A stretch of 64,000 nt of DNA. Source: Dendrobates tinctorius (Eukaryota). Under the pieces are notes generated by a model, which had not been told where the DNA came from, ran no database searches, and was given only the letters and a program-made list of their open reading frames with translations. The stretch covers positions 14,260,001-14,324,000 of the forward strand of contig NW_027361681.1 of the NCBI RefSeq assembly GCF_039654945.1. The letters are read 5' to 3'. Positions within the stretch are counted from its first letter, which is position 1, and every line of letters starts with the position of its first letter. The translations under genes and the position numbers were made by a program. Below are positions 51,815 to 62,949 of the stretch, in pieces.

Positions 51815-52326
51815 TTAAATGTGCTGCAAGCTACAAGAGACACTATACTGGGGGCAACCACAGCAGCCAGGCAAATAACCAGCCATCTGACCTTCTGATT
51901 AACTGGAGAAGCATAAGTAAAGGTGGCAGGCACCCCTTTAGCCTGGACACGATCATAGGCATGTAAAGGTACCTGCTGTACTGCCAAAGCAAGATCTAGT
52001 GCAATCGGCAGGAGGCTTCACCTATGAGGCCTCATTTAGGTCGGCCACTGATAGCAATTAGAGTTAAACCAAAAGCTTTGAACTGCCCCTGTCCAGTGTC
52101 CAATGCGGTCGGCGATCATACCCAGGCCAGGGTAGTCTTGACTTTTGCAAACAGCATCCTGAGATTCTTTTACCGAGCCCCGTACCATCACTAGGCTTCA
52201 TGTGAAGTCATGTGGCCTAGAAAATGCAAGAGGTGACCAGGATGTCACGGATGAACAGAATGGGGCAGCACAAGTCTTTTTGCTCAACTCTAGTAGCCAT
52301 AATTTACCGTCTGTATTCTCAAGTAA

Positions 52327-52511
52327 GGCCGGGATCACACATGCAAGGAATACGGCCGAGTCTCACATGTTAATACCCTGCTGCCGGCACTCGGATCGGA
52401 ACGTGCGGCTCCATGTATTGCTATGCGGCTGTACGTTGCGATCCGAGTGCCGGCAGCAGGGGTGTTAATATGCGAGACTCGGCCGTATTCTTAGCATGTG
52501 CGATCCCGGCC
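52327..52511. mobile_element. Harbinger-type palindromic MITE
   Basis: GGCCGGGATCACACATGC ... GCATGTGCGATCCCGGCC, flanked by TAA/TTA. Confidence 0.75.
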
Positions 52512-53921
52512 TTACCCTGGAATACAGAGAACCGCTGCTGTGAACACGAGTGAACGAGTCCTTACAGGCAGCGTCACATCCAGCCGATAAAATCATGAAC
52601 CGCAGTGACACCAATACACTACACCCTTTTATAAGGAAAGGACATTCAGCTTTATGTAAAACACAGAACTCGATTCATCTTGAATAAAAGCAACACAAAC
52701 TCTGGGAATCTCAACGTCGATGCCCCCCCGATGTGGTTTTTTTTTTTCTCATCCAAAAAAAAGAAAAAATAAAAAGATTAAAGTTTTTACACAATTTACA
52801 AAATCTACAGATTAGAACGTGACGAGGCAGCAGGCAGCAAACAGAAAATAGCGCACAGCTGAAGACACCTCCCGGACGCCACATCAACAGGAACAAACGT
52901 TCAAGAAAATTGGCAAAAAAAAAAAAAATGTCAAAACATTTTAAGAATGTAAAAAAAAAAACTGTATTGAAAAAAAAAAAAAAAAAAAAAGAGTGCAAAT
53001 TAATCCTTCAAGTGCCCAAATGGCTTAAAAGCTACACATAAGAAAAAAAACACTAAAATCAAGGTGAAAAGTAAAATATTTACACTTTATCAAAATTTCA
53101 CAAATTGTTTTTGGAATGTTCTTGGGATTTCCAGGAATCTGTGAGAGGGAAGTGGAGCAGGTGAGGCCCCCCACACCAGCGGATTACCATTATTATTGGG
53201 GGCCACTGCAGATTTCAGATACCATGGGCCTCCTTAAAAGGAATGTGTCACCAGAATAATTTTTATTCTTTTAAGGTCTGATTTTTTCACTCTACAAATT
53301 TTCCTTATAAATGTAATTTTATTTGTAGGGATTGTCTAATTTCAGAAAAGTGGGCCTCAAACTGAGTAAAATCCCCAGGTCCACCATCTTTCTACACCTG
53401 CCACACTGATAACATTTATAATATTGGAAGGCGTTCGCCAGCAATCAAGAGATCACCTGATTTAGTTCCCTGACAGCAAAAAAAAGAAAAAAAAAAGTTA
53501 TATAGGACCATTCCATGTAAAGCAGAACACCGGGTGTAGCGCTAATCCACATGCACCTGTGGCTGTCTGGAGTGATTACTGTCACAAGATTATGACCATC
53601 TTTGCTCTAACATGGAGGTACCAAGGTGGCACACAAAATCTGCATTCTCCTCGTCTCTGCCCAGGGCTGTATACAGTATATACTCGCCTATGGGCCACAA
53701 GTTCCCTGCTCCAGCATCAGATAAAGCAGTCCTCTTATAAAATCGACTGTTTACGCCAAATCCCTATTAATAATGTAAAAGTAGAAAAGTTACACATTGC
53801 TTTGTCTATATGCATCTATAGGGTTTAGGATATACCTGTCCCCTGACCCCCAAAAAGGGGCAAATGCCAAGGCATGCCTCAGGTCACTTCTCTATATACA
53901 TCTAGAATACATCTCTAGTAC

Positions 53922-56900
53922 TTACACCTCATCTTTCTGCACCTTTCTACCTTCTGCTTGCTCATTACGGCACCTGCTTTCGCCATCTAGTAGCCCTGCC
54001 GTCGTCTCACTTGCTCTGGCTTTGGTAATGAGGGTGGGGATTTCTCCTGCTTTTCCGGGGGCAATGACCATGGTATCACTATTTAGGGTTTGCTGAAAGG
54101 AGAATGGGGCAGTGTGGGACGCTACCTGACCCGGACAATACTGAATACTCATTAAGTTCAGACCAGGGTCATAGGTGGCAGCATTGATGGGGAGACACAA
54201 TGAGCCGGCAGTTTCTTGCACCACTTTGGTAGTCACGACGTACAGTGCGGGGTGGACCATGGGGGAGCCTAGAGAGAATGCAGGGGCTTGAACAACTTTT
54301 GGCTGCTCTAAAATAAGTGTTTTGTTCTGGCAGTTTCCCAGCTGAGCGATGGCTCCTCCAGGATTGTAGAAGTCAGTGGCCAACCTGGTAGCCCCCGACT
54401 TCCCCACGTTCAATAGAAGCTGCTGCTCAGTTCCTGAAATGTATTTAAGACCAGCAACAAAGTTCCCGGAGATGGGGATGTTCCCCTGACAACTGTTCAC
54501 ACCAGTCCTTATCAGCACCCTGTCCGGAGGAACAGGCAGCACTTTCTCCGCTGGCCTTGCAATCCTGTTTGGATCTACAAAGCACTCCCTGTTGACGATG
54601 ACATTGTGGACAGGAGAGATGGTCTTTTCTATGCCTTTGGGTTGCTGCAGCCCTACACCTGGGGATGCGTCGTCTTTATATCCGAATAGACGGTGAGTCG
54701 CTGGGGTGCTAGAGCGATCTTTCTCACGGACTTTCTGGAGAATGGTCTCCGTCACGGAGCTAGATAACACCCCTTGCTCCTTCTTTATGGTTGTTGAATT
54801 AGCCTCGGTCCTGTTAACAGATGGAGCGATCGAAGGTGCAGTGTTCTCTTGGGTGGCAGTAAGTTCCGCAGATTCTCGAGCTCGATCAGCCAGAAATTTT
54901 CGTATTTCTTGCTCTATGCTATCATCACTATCCACTGAGCTACTGTCTTGGGTATCAGGCAAGGCACTACTTATTTTCACAGACTTGTCAGAGGCACAAG
55001 GAAGTGGGGACTCAACAGTTTTGCTAACAGTAGACAACTCTGCATTTCCCACGGGGAACTTTTTCTCGTCTTTCAGTTTCAAGATAGTCTTCGACTTTTT
55101 GAAGGAATTATCTTTTGCATCACTGGAAACAAGGCAACTTTTGACAACCAGGGGTGTGGGGCTGCAATCCTTCTGATCCATAACACCCACTGTTTCCAAC
55201 AGTCTGGTGGCGGTCTCCGCGAATCGGACCTTCTTCTTACACTGCGGTCGGCCATCCTTTGGTCTCTTTTTGCATTTTCTTTTGGACCTCAGTAAGTCTT
55301 TTATAGCAGAGTCCAAGTCTTCATCGCTGTCCAGAGAGCTACTCTTATCTCCGCTGCTGTTGCTCCTCATTTTTATGTACAGTTTCCGTTTTTCTCCACT
55401 TGCTCCTGGAGAAGACTCCAGACGTTCCATAGCCTGGATAATGTGATGCCTGGCGTCCTCTGCTTGGCAGGGAAGTTTAGGACAGCCCCCAGGTCCAGTC
55501 TCTATAGTCTTTCCCTGTACCTGTTTACTCATGGATGAATGTCCTGGGCTGCTATCAACATTCACAGGCTCCCCACCTTTCCTAGGAGAGTCCTTAAGTA
55601 CACCTTTGTTGTCACTTCCTTTGCTTTTACTAGTCCCAGCAGCCTTAGTATTGGGAAGGAACGGCTGTTTTTGGGGTTCGGACATTTGTTCCTTTGGGGG
55701 CTGTTTGGCTGAGGTAACACAGAGACTCTCAACCTGAGCTTTATTGGCCAAAAATGTTCTTATCTCTTGTTCAATGCTGTCATCACTGTCAACTGAGCTG
55801 TCACTAGAACATGGAGATGCAGGCTGAGCTGACGGTTTGTTCTGCGAAGCGACAAAAGATCTATCCGGCTGTGAAGGCAATATTGTTTTAGAGATGTCCA
55901 GTATGGCCTCTGCACACATTAGTTCCGTTGCAGTCTCCACCCTGAGCGTTGCTGCTGCTTCATCTCCAGAATGCAGGGCCCTCTTATTTGGGAGGTTCTG
56001 AGTTGCAGTGGGTTTAACGTTGGGCAGTTTCCTCTTCCTATAGTCTGTGGATTTCTTCTGGGGGTCGAGAAGAGAGATCTTCATCTGGCAGTGACCATCA
56101 TCGGACGCTGTGTTTTTCCCATCTTTCTCTGGAGAGGTCCTAGGAGTGGAGCTGAGGGTTCCTTCTAATCTGCTTTTTTCCAGCTGGTACAGCTGAATGG
56201 CCTCCTCGATCCCATCATCACTGCTTGAGTCGGAGAGATCGGGACTCTGAGAAGAAGCAGGAGGAAGTGACCTCAGGACATTGGGCTTAAGTGGGTCAAG
56301 CACAGTCTTGGGGCGAACAATACTTTTACAACTTTCTGCTTTGGATTTAAGATTCTTAGAAAGTAGATCAAAGCTTTCGAAGACTGTTTTCACAGCCGTC
56401 CCCTTAATTCTCAGCTTGGGGCGCGGTTTCTCTACCTTGGTGGGTTTTGGTTTTAGTTTGGCTGCAGAGTGACTGGTTGTTGCTTTCTTATCAGGGCTGG
56501 TCTCGTTCACGTTATTCTGCAGCTTCTTCTCAATCAAAAATTGCTCAATTTCCTTTTTGATGCTTTCCTCAAAGGAGTCGTCACTCCCCACACTGTCTGG
56601 TGACGAGCATCTGGACAGGCTGGGCCCGGGAAAGAAATCACACACTTTGGGTGACGTCACCATTTTGACAGGAGACTTCCTGGCCAGGATATCATTTTGA
56701 GCGGATTTTACTTTTTCTCCATCACTCTCAGGGATTTCTAGTATTTTCGCTGCAGGCGAGCAGGACAAAGGAGGAGTGGTACCCTTGTTCTTTAGGTATT
56801 CCTGGATAGCTTCTTCTATGCCTCGGTCTACAGAATCGTCGCTGTCCGACTCCAGAGCCAGACCCATGAAATCAGAGTCCTCCTCTATAGTGTCTCTGAA

Positions 56901-57203
56901 ATGTGCTGGGACGATGAATGTGGCCTTTTCTCTGGCGTTTTCCCTGAAGACGGCAGGACTGGATCTCAGCCCTCCATTGACAATAAGCTCCCCCTTTCTG
57001 TTCTTCTGCATAATCCGCTCATATTCGAGGGTCACAGTGCCAGAAGACTCATCGCTCTGTGGACTGTCTATGGTGCCCTCAACCTCGGAGGCAACCTGTG
57101 CAGGCTGTGGAAGGGACGTGGGCACTCTGCATGGGACGTTACACCCAAACGGGGTCCATTGTGTCTGAAAAGCTGCCGGAGGAGGGGCATTCAGAAGGAA
57201 CAT
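53922..57203 (-). CDS. PPP1R26: Protein phosphatase 1 regulatory subunit 26 (KIAA0649), single coding exon, 1093 aa
   Basis: MFLLNAPP..AFQTQW.PFG N-terminus; SDDSVDRGIEEAIQEYL, ELMCAEAILDISKTILP and SSVDSDDSIEQEIR blocks; RVxF motif KKKVRF; splice acceptor at 57257; synteny with PIERCE1. Confidence 0.93.
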   Translation of the reverse strand: MFLLNAPPPAAFQTQWTPFGCNVPCRVPTSLPQPAQVASEVEGTIDSPQSDESSGTVTLEYERIMQKNRKGELIVNGGLRSSPAVFRENAREKATFIVPAHFRDTIEEDSDFMGLALESDSDDSVDRGIEEAIQEYLKNKGTTPPLSCSPAAKILEIPESDGEKVKSAQNDILARKSPVKMVTSPKVCDFFPGPSLSRCSSPDSVGSDDSFEESIKKEIEQFLIEKKLQNNVNETSPDKKATTSHSAAKLKPKPTKVEKPRPKLRIKGTAVKTVFESFDLLSKNLKSKAESCKSIVRPKTVLDPLKPNVLRSLPPASSQSPDLSDSSSDDGIEEAIQLYQLEKSRLEGTLSSTPRTSPEKDGKNTASDDGHCQMKISLLDPQKKSTDYRKRKLPNVKPTATQNLPNKRALHSGDEAAATLRVETATELMCAEAILDISKTILPSQPDRSFVASQNKPSAQPASPCSSDSSVDSDDSIEQEIRTFLANKAQVESLCVTSAKQPPKEQMSEPQKQPFLPNTKAAGTSKSKGSDNKGVLKDSPRKGGEPVNVDSSPGHSSMSKQVQGKTIETGPGGCPKLPCQAEDARHHIIQAMERLESSPGASGEKRKLYIKMRSNSSGDKSSSLDSDEDLDSAIKDLLRSKRKCKKRPKDGRPQCKKKVRFAETATRLLETVGVMDQKDCSPTPLVVKSCLVSSDAKDNSFKKSKTILKLKDEKKFPVGNAELSTVSKTVESPLPCASDKSVKISSALPDTQDSSSVDSDDSIEQEIRKFLADRARESAELTATQENTAPSIAPSVNRTEANSTTIKKEQGVLSSSVTETILQKVREKDRSSTPATHRLFGYKDDASPGVGLQQPKGIEKTISPVHNVIVNRECFVDPNRIARPAEKVLPVPPDRVLIRTGVNSCQGNIPISGNFVAGLKYISGTEQQLLLNVGKSGATRLATDFYNPGGAIAQLGNCQNKTLILEQPKVVQAPAFSLGSPMVHPALYVVTTKVVQETAGSLCLPINAATYDPGLNLMSIQYCPGQVASHTAPFSFQQTLNSDTMVIAPGKAGEIPTLITKARASETTAGLLDGESRCRNEQAEGRKVQKDEV

Positions 57204-57399
57204 TATAGCTACAGCTGCGATGGCTGTAAAGTAAACACTCCGGAAGAGCTCACGTCCTAAAAAGAAAGGAAAAAATAAATAAATGAGAATCTACAAAAGG
57301 ATTCATAAAAAGCAAACAAGTGAAGGAATATCAAAGAGAACCAGCACTAGGGCAGGAAGCATGTTGAGGGTTATGTAGTTATCCCTGCAAAAAATGATG

Positions 57400-58560
57400 G
57401 GGTGCGCAGAGTATGATGGGGTGTGCAGTGGCCAATGCACAGGATGATGGGGTGTGCAGTGAATCATCAGTGTGCGCACTGCAGGGGGATGGGGGGGTGG
57501 ATGATGGGGGAGGGGAAGGTCCCCGTAAGTGGATGATAGGGGGAGGGGGGGGAAGGTCCCCTCCAGTGGATGACAGGAGGGGGGAAGGTCCCCTCCAGTG
57601 GAGGATAGGAGGCAGGGGGGGTCCCCTCCAGTGGATGACAGGAGGGGCGGGCGTCCCCTCCAGTGGATGACAGGAGGGGGAACGTCCCCTCCAGTGGATG
57701 ACAGGAGGGGGGAGGGGGAACGTCCCCTCCAGTGGATGACAGGAGGGGGGGGGGAAACGTCCCCTCCAGTGGATGACAGGAGGGGGGGGGGGGGGGGAAC
57801 GTCCCCTCCAGTGGATGACAGGAGGGGGGGGGGGGGGAACGTCCCCTCCAGTGGATGACAGGAGGGGGGGGGGGGGAAACGTCCCCTCCAGTGGATGACA
57901 GGAGGGGGGGGGGGGGAAACGTCCCCTCCAGTGGATGACAGGAGGGGGGGGGGGGAAACGTCCCCTCCAGTGGATGACAGGAGGGGGGGGGGAAACGTCC
58001 CCTCCAGTGGATGACAGGAGGGGGGGGGGGGGGGGGGAAGTCCCCTCCAGTGGATGACAGGAGGGGGGGGGGGGAAGGTCCCCTCCAGTGGATGACAGGG
58101 GGGGGGAATGTCCCCTCCAGTGGATGACAGGGGGGGGGGGAGGTCCCCTGCAGTGGATGATGGGGGGGGGGGGGGAGGTCCCCTGCAGTGGATGATGGGG
58201 GGGGGGGAGGTCCCCTGCAGTGGATGATTGAGGGGCAGAGGTACGCTGCAGTGGATGACAGGAGGGGGGGGGGAAGGTCCCCTGCAGTGGATGATTGAGG
58301 GGCAGAGGTACGCTGCAGTGGATGATGGGGGGGTCCTCTGAAGTGGATGATAGTAGGGGGGAAAGGTCCCCTGCAGTGGATGATAGGGGAGGGGGGGTCC
58401 CCTACAGTGGATGATAGGAGGGGGGTCCCCTACAGTGAATTATGGTAGGCTCCCCTGCAGTGAGTGATTTAAGGGGGAAGTGGATGGTAGGGGGTCCCCT
58501 ACAGTGGACGGTAGGGAGTGGATGTTGGGGTGTGCAGTGTCCCCTGTAGTGGATGGTGGT
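57400..58560. repeat. G-rich minisatellite in the PPP1R26 5' intron
   Basis: Unit approximately GTCCCCTCCAGTGGATGACAGGA(G)nAAC with variable G-runs. Confidence 0.9.
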
Positions 58561-58569
58561 TGTACAGAG

Positions 58570-59170
58570 CTCGGGCGGTGGTTGCGGCCTCTACGTCCCT
58601 GCACCGCCGCGCTCCCCGCCCCGTCTCCTCTGTTCTCCCTGGACCTCTGCTGCGGTTGCAGCCGCCGCCTCCTCCCTGCTCTCCACTGTCGCTCCTCCAC
58701 CTCTTTCCCGCTTGCACTCACCTCCCGGGCCACTCCAGCCTCAGACCAGCGCGGAGGACACGATCCCAGCCCATCCCGGGGAAAAGAGCCGCCGAACAAG
58801 CTGTGGACAGCACACCGGCACCAGAGCCGCGACCTCTCCGCAGCAGAAGCCGCACGGCGGGAACCCGCACGCTCAGCGCGATGTCATCATGTCCACAGCT
58901 CAGTGCGTCCTCCCTCTGTCGCCATGGCGACGTGCACAGGCCTCGCTACTGCTAGTAGGCCGCGTGTACCTGAGAGACTCAGAGGCTCCAGTGTGTGGGG
59001 GCGATAACAAATCAAACAATCCGGGGCTCTGCACTACGACTCTCATTTTGCGCTTATCTTTGCCGTAAGCGCATGCTGGGAGTTGTAGTGTCACACTGCC
59101 CACCTATAATAAATGCAACCAATCAGGTAACAGCCTGGAAAATAAAAGTTCTCACCTGATTGGCTGCTTA
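58570..59170 (-). promoter_or_regulatory. PPP1R26 CpG-island promoter and non-coding first exon
   Basis: CpG-rich; donor GAG|GTGAGT at 58721; palindromic X-box GTCGCCATGGCGAC (58918-58931); ZNF143/SBS motif GCATGCTGGGAGTTGTAGT (59071-59089); CCAAT boxes near 59119 and 59159. Confidence 0.7.
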
Positions 59171-59751
59171 ACCTGGCCACATGTTTACACCGACGTTGCG
59201 ATCACCGGCGATTTTCATTGTTTCTGTGTAAATGTGACGCTGTAATGTTCTGATATGTCCCTGCTCTCCAGATTGCATTGGTGTCCCGTCACATCAGTAT
59301 GACTGGACAGTCCCTTTAAATTAATTGCCAAGAATTAAAGGGGTGTTCCCATCTCCACCATGAGTATCTGTGTGATGGGCCGGTTTTAGGCAAAGTGGGG
59401 CCCTGGGCAAAAATTTAAAATGAGGTCCCAAATGCTAACATATTGCACATCACACACGCATTTCGGTTGTATTTACATGTGTTGGTTTCAGGACACTAAA
59501 CGAGTGTGATCGACAATATTGAAGTCATTCGCCGCTTGTTTTCCGGCCACTTTACATCGGCTGAGGAACAATGATGGGGACAGAACGATCACTAATGGAT
59601 CACTAACAGATCTCTATACCATATCATGTTATCAGCGGTTTACACCGGAGATGTGCTGATGAGAACAATGATTTTTGTTCCGGCATAACCAATCCAATCA
59701 CTTGATGAATTTGCAGCATTTTGTCCTCCCCATAGTCCTCAATCTTCTATA

Positions 59752-60361
59752 CAGGGTGGGCCATTTCTATGGATACACCTAATTAAAATGGGAATGGTTG
59801 GTGATATCAACTTCCTGTTTGTAGCACATTAGTATATGGGAGGGGGAAACTTTTCAAGATGGGTGGTGACCGCGGTGGCCATTTTGGATCAAACTTTATT
59901 TCACAAGAATTTCACAAGAAAAACAATGGTGTGCTTGGTTTTAACATAACTTTATTCTTTCATGAGTTATTTACAGGTTTATGACCACTTATAAAATGTG
60001 TTCAAAGTGCTGCCCATTGTGTTGGATTGTCAATGCAACCCTCTTCTCCCACTCGACACATTTTATAAGTGGTCATAAAATTGTAAATAACTCATGAAAG
60101 AATAAAGTTACATTAAAACCAAGCACACCACTGTTTTTCTTGTGAAGTTCTCAATAAGTTTGATGTGTCACATGACCCTCGTCCCATTGGAAAAAATAAA
60201 CTTAGATCCAAAATGGCCAACTTCAAAATGGGCGTCATGGTCACCACTCATCTTGAAAATCCCCCCCCCCCTCCCATATACTAATGTGCCACAAACAGGA
60301 AGTTGATATCACCAACCATTCCCATTTTATTTAGGTGTATCCATAGAAATGGCCGACCCTG
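59752..60361. mobile_element. Tc1/mariner-type MITE at the centre of an older palindromic element
   Basis: TA|CAGGGTGGGCCATTTCTATGGATACACC ... GGTGTATCCATAGAAATGGCCGACCCTG|TA. Confidence 0.8.
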
Positions 60362-60489
60362 TATAGAAGGTTGAGGACTATGGGGAGGGCAAAATGCTGC
60401 ATATTCATCAAGTGATTGGATTGGTTATGCCAGAATAAAAATTGTTCTCATCAGAACATCGCCAGTTGAAAACTGCAGATATGCATCCA

Positions 60490-60942
60490 GGGGAACGGAA
60501 GTTGCTCACAGAACCGATGAGGGCCGGAAGGACTCCGGGGGCCGACAGAGGGTGAGTATATCCCTATTTTTTATTTTAATTCCATTTTTACAGGAATATG
60601 GTACTCCGGGCATGGAGGACAGCCTCCTCTCCTCCAGACCCTGGGTACCATCCGCACATGAAGCGCTTACTTTACGCATGGTGGGCATAGCCACATGCGT
60701 AAAGTGAGAGTTTCAATGCAATCCCATGGCGGCAGAATCGCCACGATTCCGCAGAATTAAAGGACATGCTGCAGATTTTACCGCTATGTGATTCCACAGC
60801 AGAAAAATCCGCAGCATTGACTCAGCAACTGCGGAACCCCATAGGATTGCATGGGAATGCACTTTGTTAGTGTTTTTTAAGAGTTTCTGCAGCGGCAAAA
60901 GCGCAGCGGAAACGCTTAAAAAACGCAACGTGGGCACACAGC
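60490..60942. mobile_element. Partial Harbinger-type MITE (family of 7908-8693)
   Basis: Shared internal sequence; GTGGGCACACAGCA|TTA end. Confidence 0.65.
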
Positions 60943-62945
60943 ATTAGGGTTACAATCATGGTGGACTTTACAGTGGCGTGGTATGGTTTTTAAAAGTGAA
61001 AGATCATTAATTGCTTTGGCTTTTTCAATATCACGAATATGTTCGCGTACTCGGATTTTGAATTCCCGGGTGGTTAATCCAATATATATTAGGTTGCATG
61101 GGCATGTAGCGTGATATATAACCCCCTGTGAGGAGCAGGTAAGGTGTTTTCGGATGTCAAAATTCCTTGATCCATCTGAATTAGTAAAGGAATGTGTTTT
61201 CTCATGTTTATGCACACTTTGCAGATCCCGCATGGGAAAAAAACGCGTTGTAAAGGTTTATGTCTGGATTTTGAAGTTGGATCATAGTGGCTATGTACCA
61301 GTAAATCTCGTAGATTTTGATCCCTTCTTGCTACCATAAGGGGGAGGATTTTCTGTAGTATGGGGTCAGTCATAACAATGTTCCAATGTTTTTTGAAAAT
61401 AAGTTTTATGTCATCCCAATGGTTATTGTAAGTGGAAATGTATCTCACCTGGTCATTGGTTTCTTTACGCTTTATGGGAACTGAGTAAAGAAGATGCTCT
61501 CTAGATGTTTTTTTTGCCCTCCTATAGCCATTTTTAATACTCCGTTTACTGTACCCACGGTTAAGTAATCTTTTTGTCAGGTCAGCTGCTTGGTCTTCAA
61601 AATCTAGGTTGTCTGAACAGATTCGCCTAGCTCTTAGAAATTGGCCCATCAGTATACCTTTAATAGTTGCTGGAGGATGAGAGGAAGTGGCATGTAGTAA
61701 TGAATTGGTGGCTGTAGGTTTTCTGTCTAAATTGGTGTTGACTGTGCCATTAGTAGATACGTTACTTTTAAGATCCAGAAATTCAAGTTCTCGCCCAAAT
61801 TCGTATGTTAAAAAGATGTTAAGATTATTGTTGTTTAGTTTAGTCATCAGAGCGTGGAGTGCTGTGAATTCTCTTTCTGGAATCCCTCTGGTGGTTACTG
61901 AAGGTAGTGGAGCTGGTCAGAATGACAGAGGTGTTGCGAGTTCTCTTTCTGGGATCCCTCTGGTGGTTACTGGAGGTAGTGGAGCTGGTCAGATTGACAG
62001 AGGCTTGCCACCTGATAATGATGATGACGACTGAAGATCTGGGGTTTCTGACTGGTGTATTTAAGACAGCTGACTTCCTTCAATCCCTGCTGGTGATTTT
62101 TTTCCTGTGCCTTCTCCTGCTCTGTTCCTGTATGGTTCAGCTAAGTAGCTCATTTGCTAATCTTTTTGCATTTGATCTGGTTTTGTCTATCTCTGCTTTG
62201 TGCAGGTCAGCTTGCTCCTGCTGGGGCTGTGCTGGATCACTGCCCATATGTTGCTGCTTGTGTCAGTTTGTTTTGTCCCCTGTTATATTAGTCTCTTTTT
62301 GCCTTGCTTTCAGTATATACCAGAGTGCTGAGATAGTGGGGGCGAAGTCGTGCGACTTCAGTGTTTTTGTGCATCAGACGTGGTGGACTTTTGCAGGGTT
62401 TTTTGTGCGACAGTGTCTTTCCTTTCCTGTCCTGTCTATTCAGTTTGGGCCCCATCATTTGTTCAGTCTATTTTTCTGCCTGCGTATGTGTTTTCATCTT
62501 GACTCACCGACAATATATGTTTGGGGGCTGTCTATTCCTTAGGGCGTCTGCTCCGGGGCAGTTTAGATTTCACCTTTCTTGCTTTAGGCTGAGTTAGTTC
62601 TCCGGCCGTGCCGAGGTGTCTAGGGCATCGTAGGTACGCTCCACGGCTACTGCTAGTTGTGTGGATAGGATCAGGGGTCTGCAATCCGCTTCGTTTCCAA
62701 CCTCTCTGGTTTTCTGTGGCTTGGCCTAGTCCTGTTATCCTCCTCGGTGACCTGTTCATAACAGTGGAGACTGTCCACTGTTCCCTCTCATACGAACCAT
62801 ACATCATTGATGTATCGTATCCATCCTTGTACCCAATGTATTTCATAGATGGTGTCTCCCTGAAAAATTTCCCTCTCCCATGCTCCCCAAAAAAGATAAG
62901 CGTTAGAGGGGGCACAGGAGGTCCCCATGGCCGTGCCTTGAGTCT
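60943..62945 (-). mobile_element. Decayed Penelope-like retroelement (RT C-terminus and GIY-YIG), split by a solo LTR
   Basis: AMGTSCAP, WIRYIND, LEFLDL, RKPTATNSLL..SSHP and VIYHATCPCNLIYIGLTTR motifs. Confidence 0.85.
61860..62763 (+). mobile_element. Solo LTR (904 bp)
   Basis: TGCTGTGAA ... TTCATAACA ends; flanking GTGGAG duplication; Penelope sequence resumes after it. Confidence 0.75.
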
Positions 62946-62949
62946 GAAG

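Noticed and set aside
54706-57260. Plus-strand ORFs overlapping PPP1R26
   Set aside because: Antisense shadows of a long coding exon.
58440-59103. GC-rich ORFs of up to 175 aa
   Set aside because: Stop-poor CpG island; no recognisable domain.
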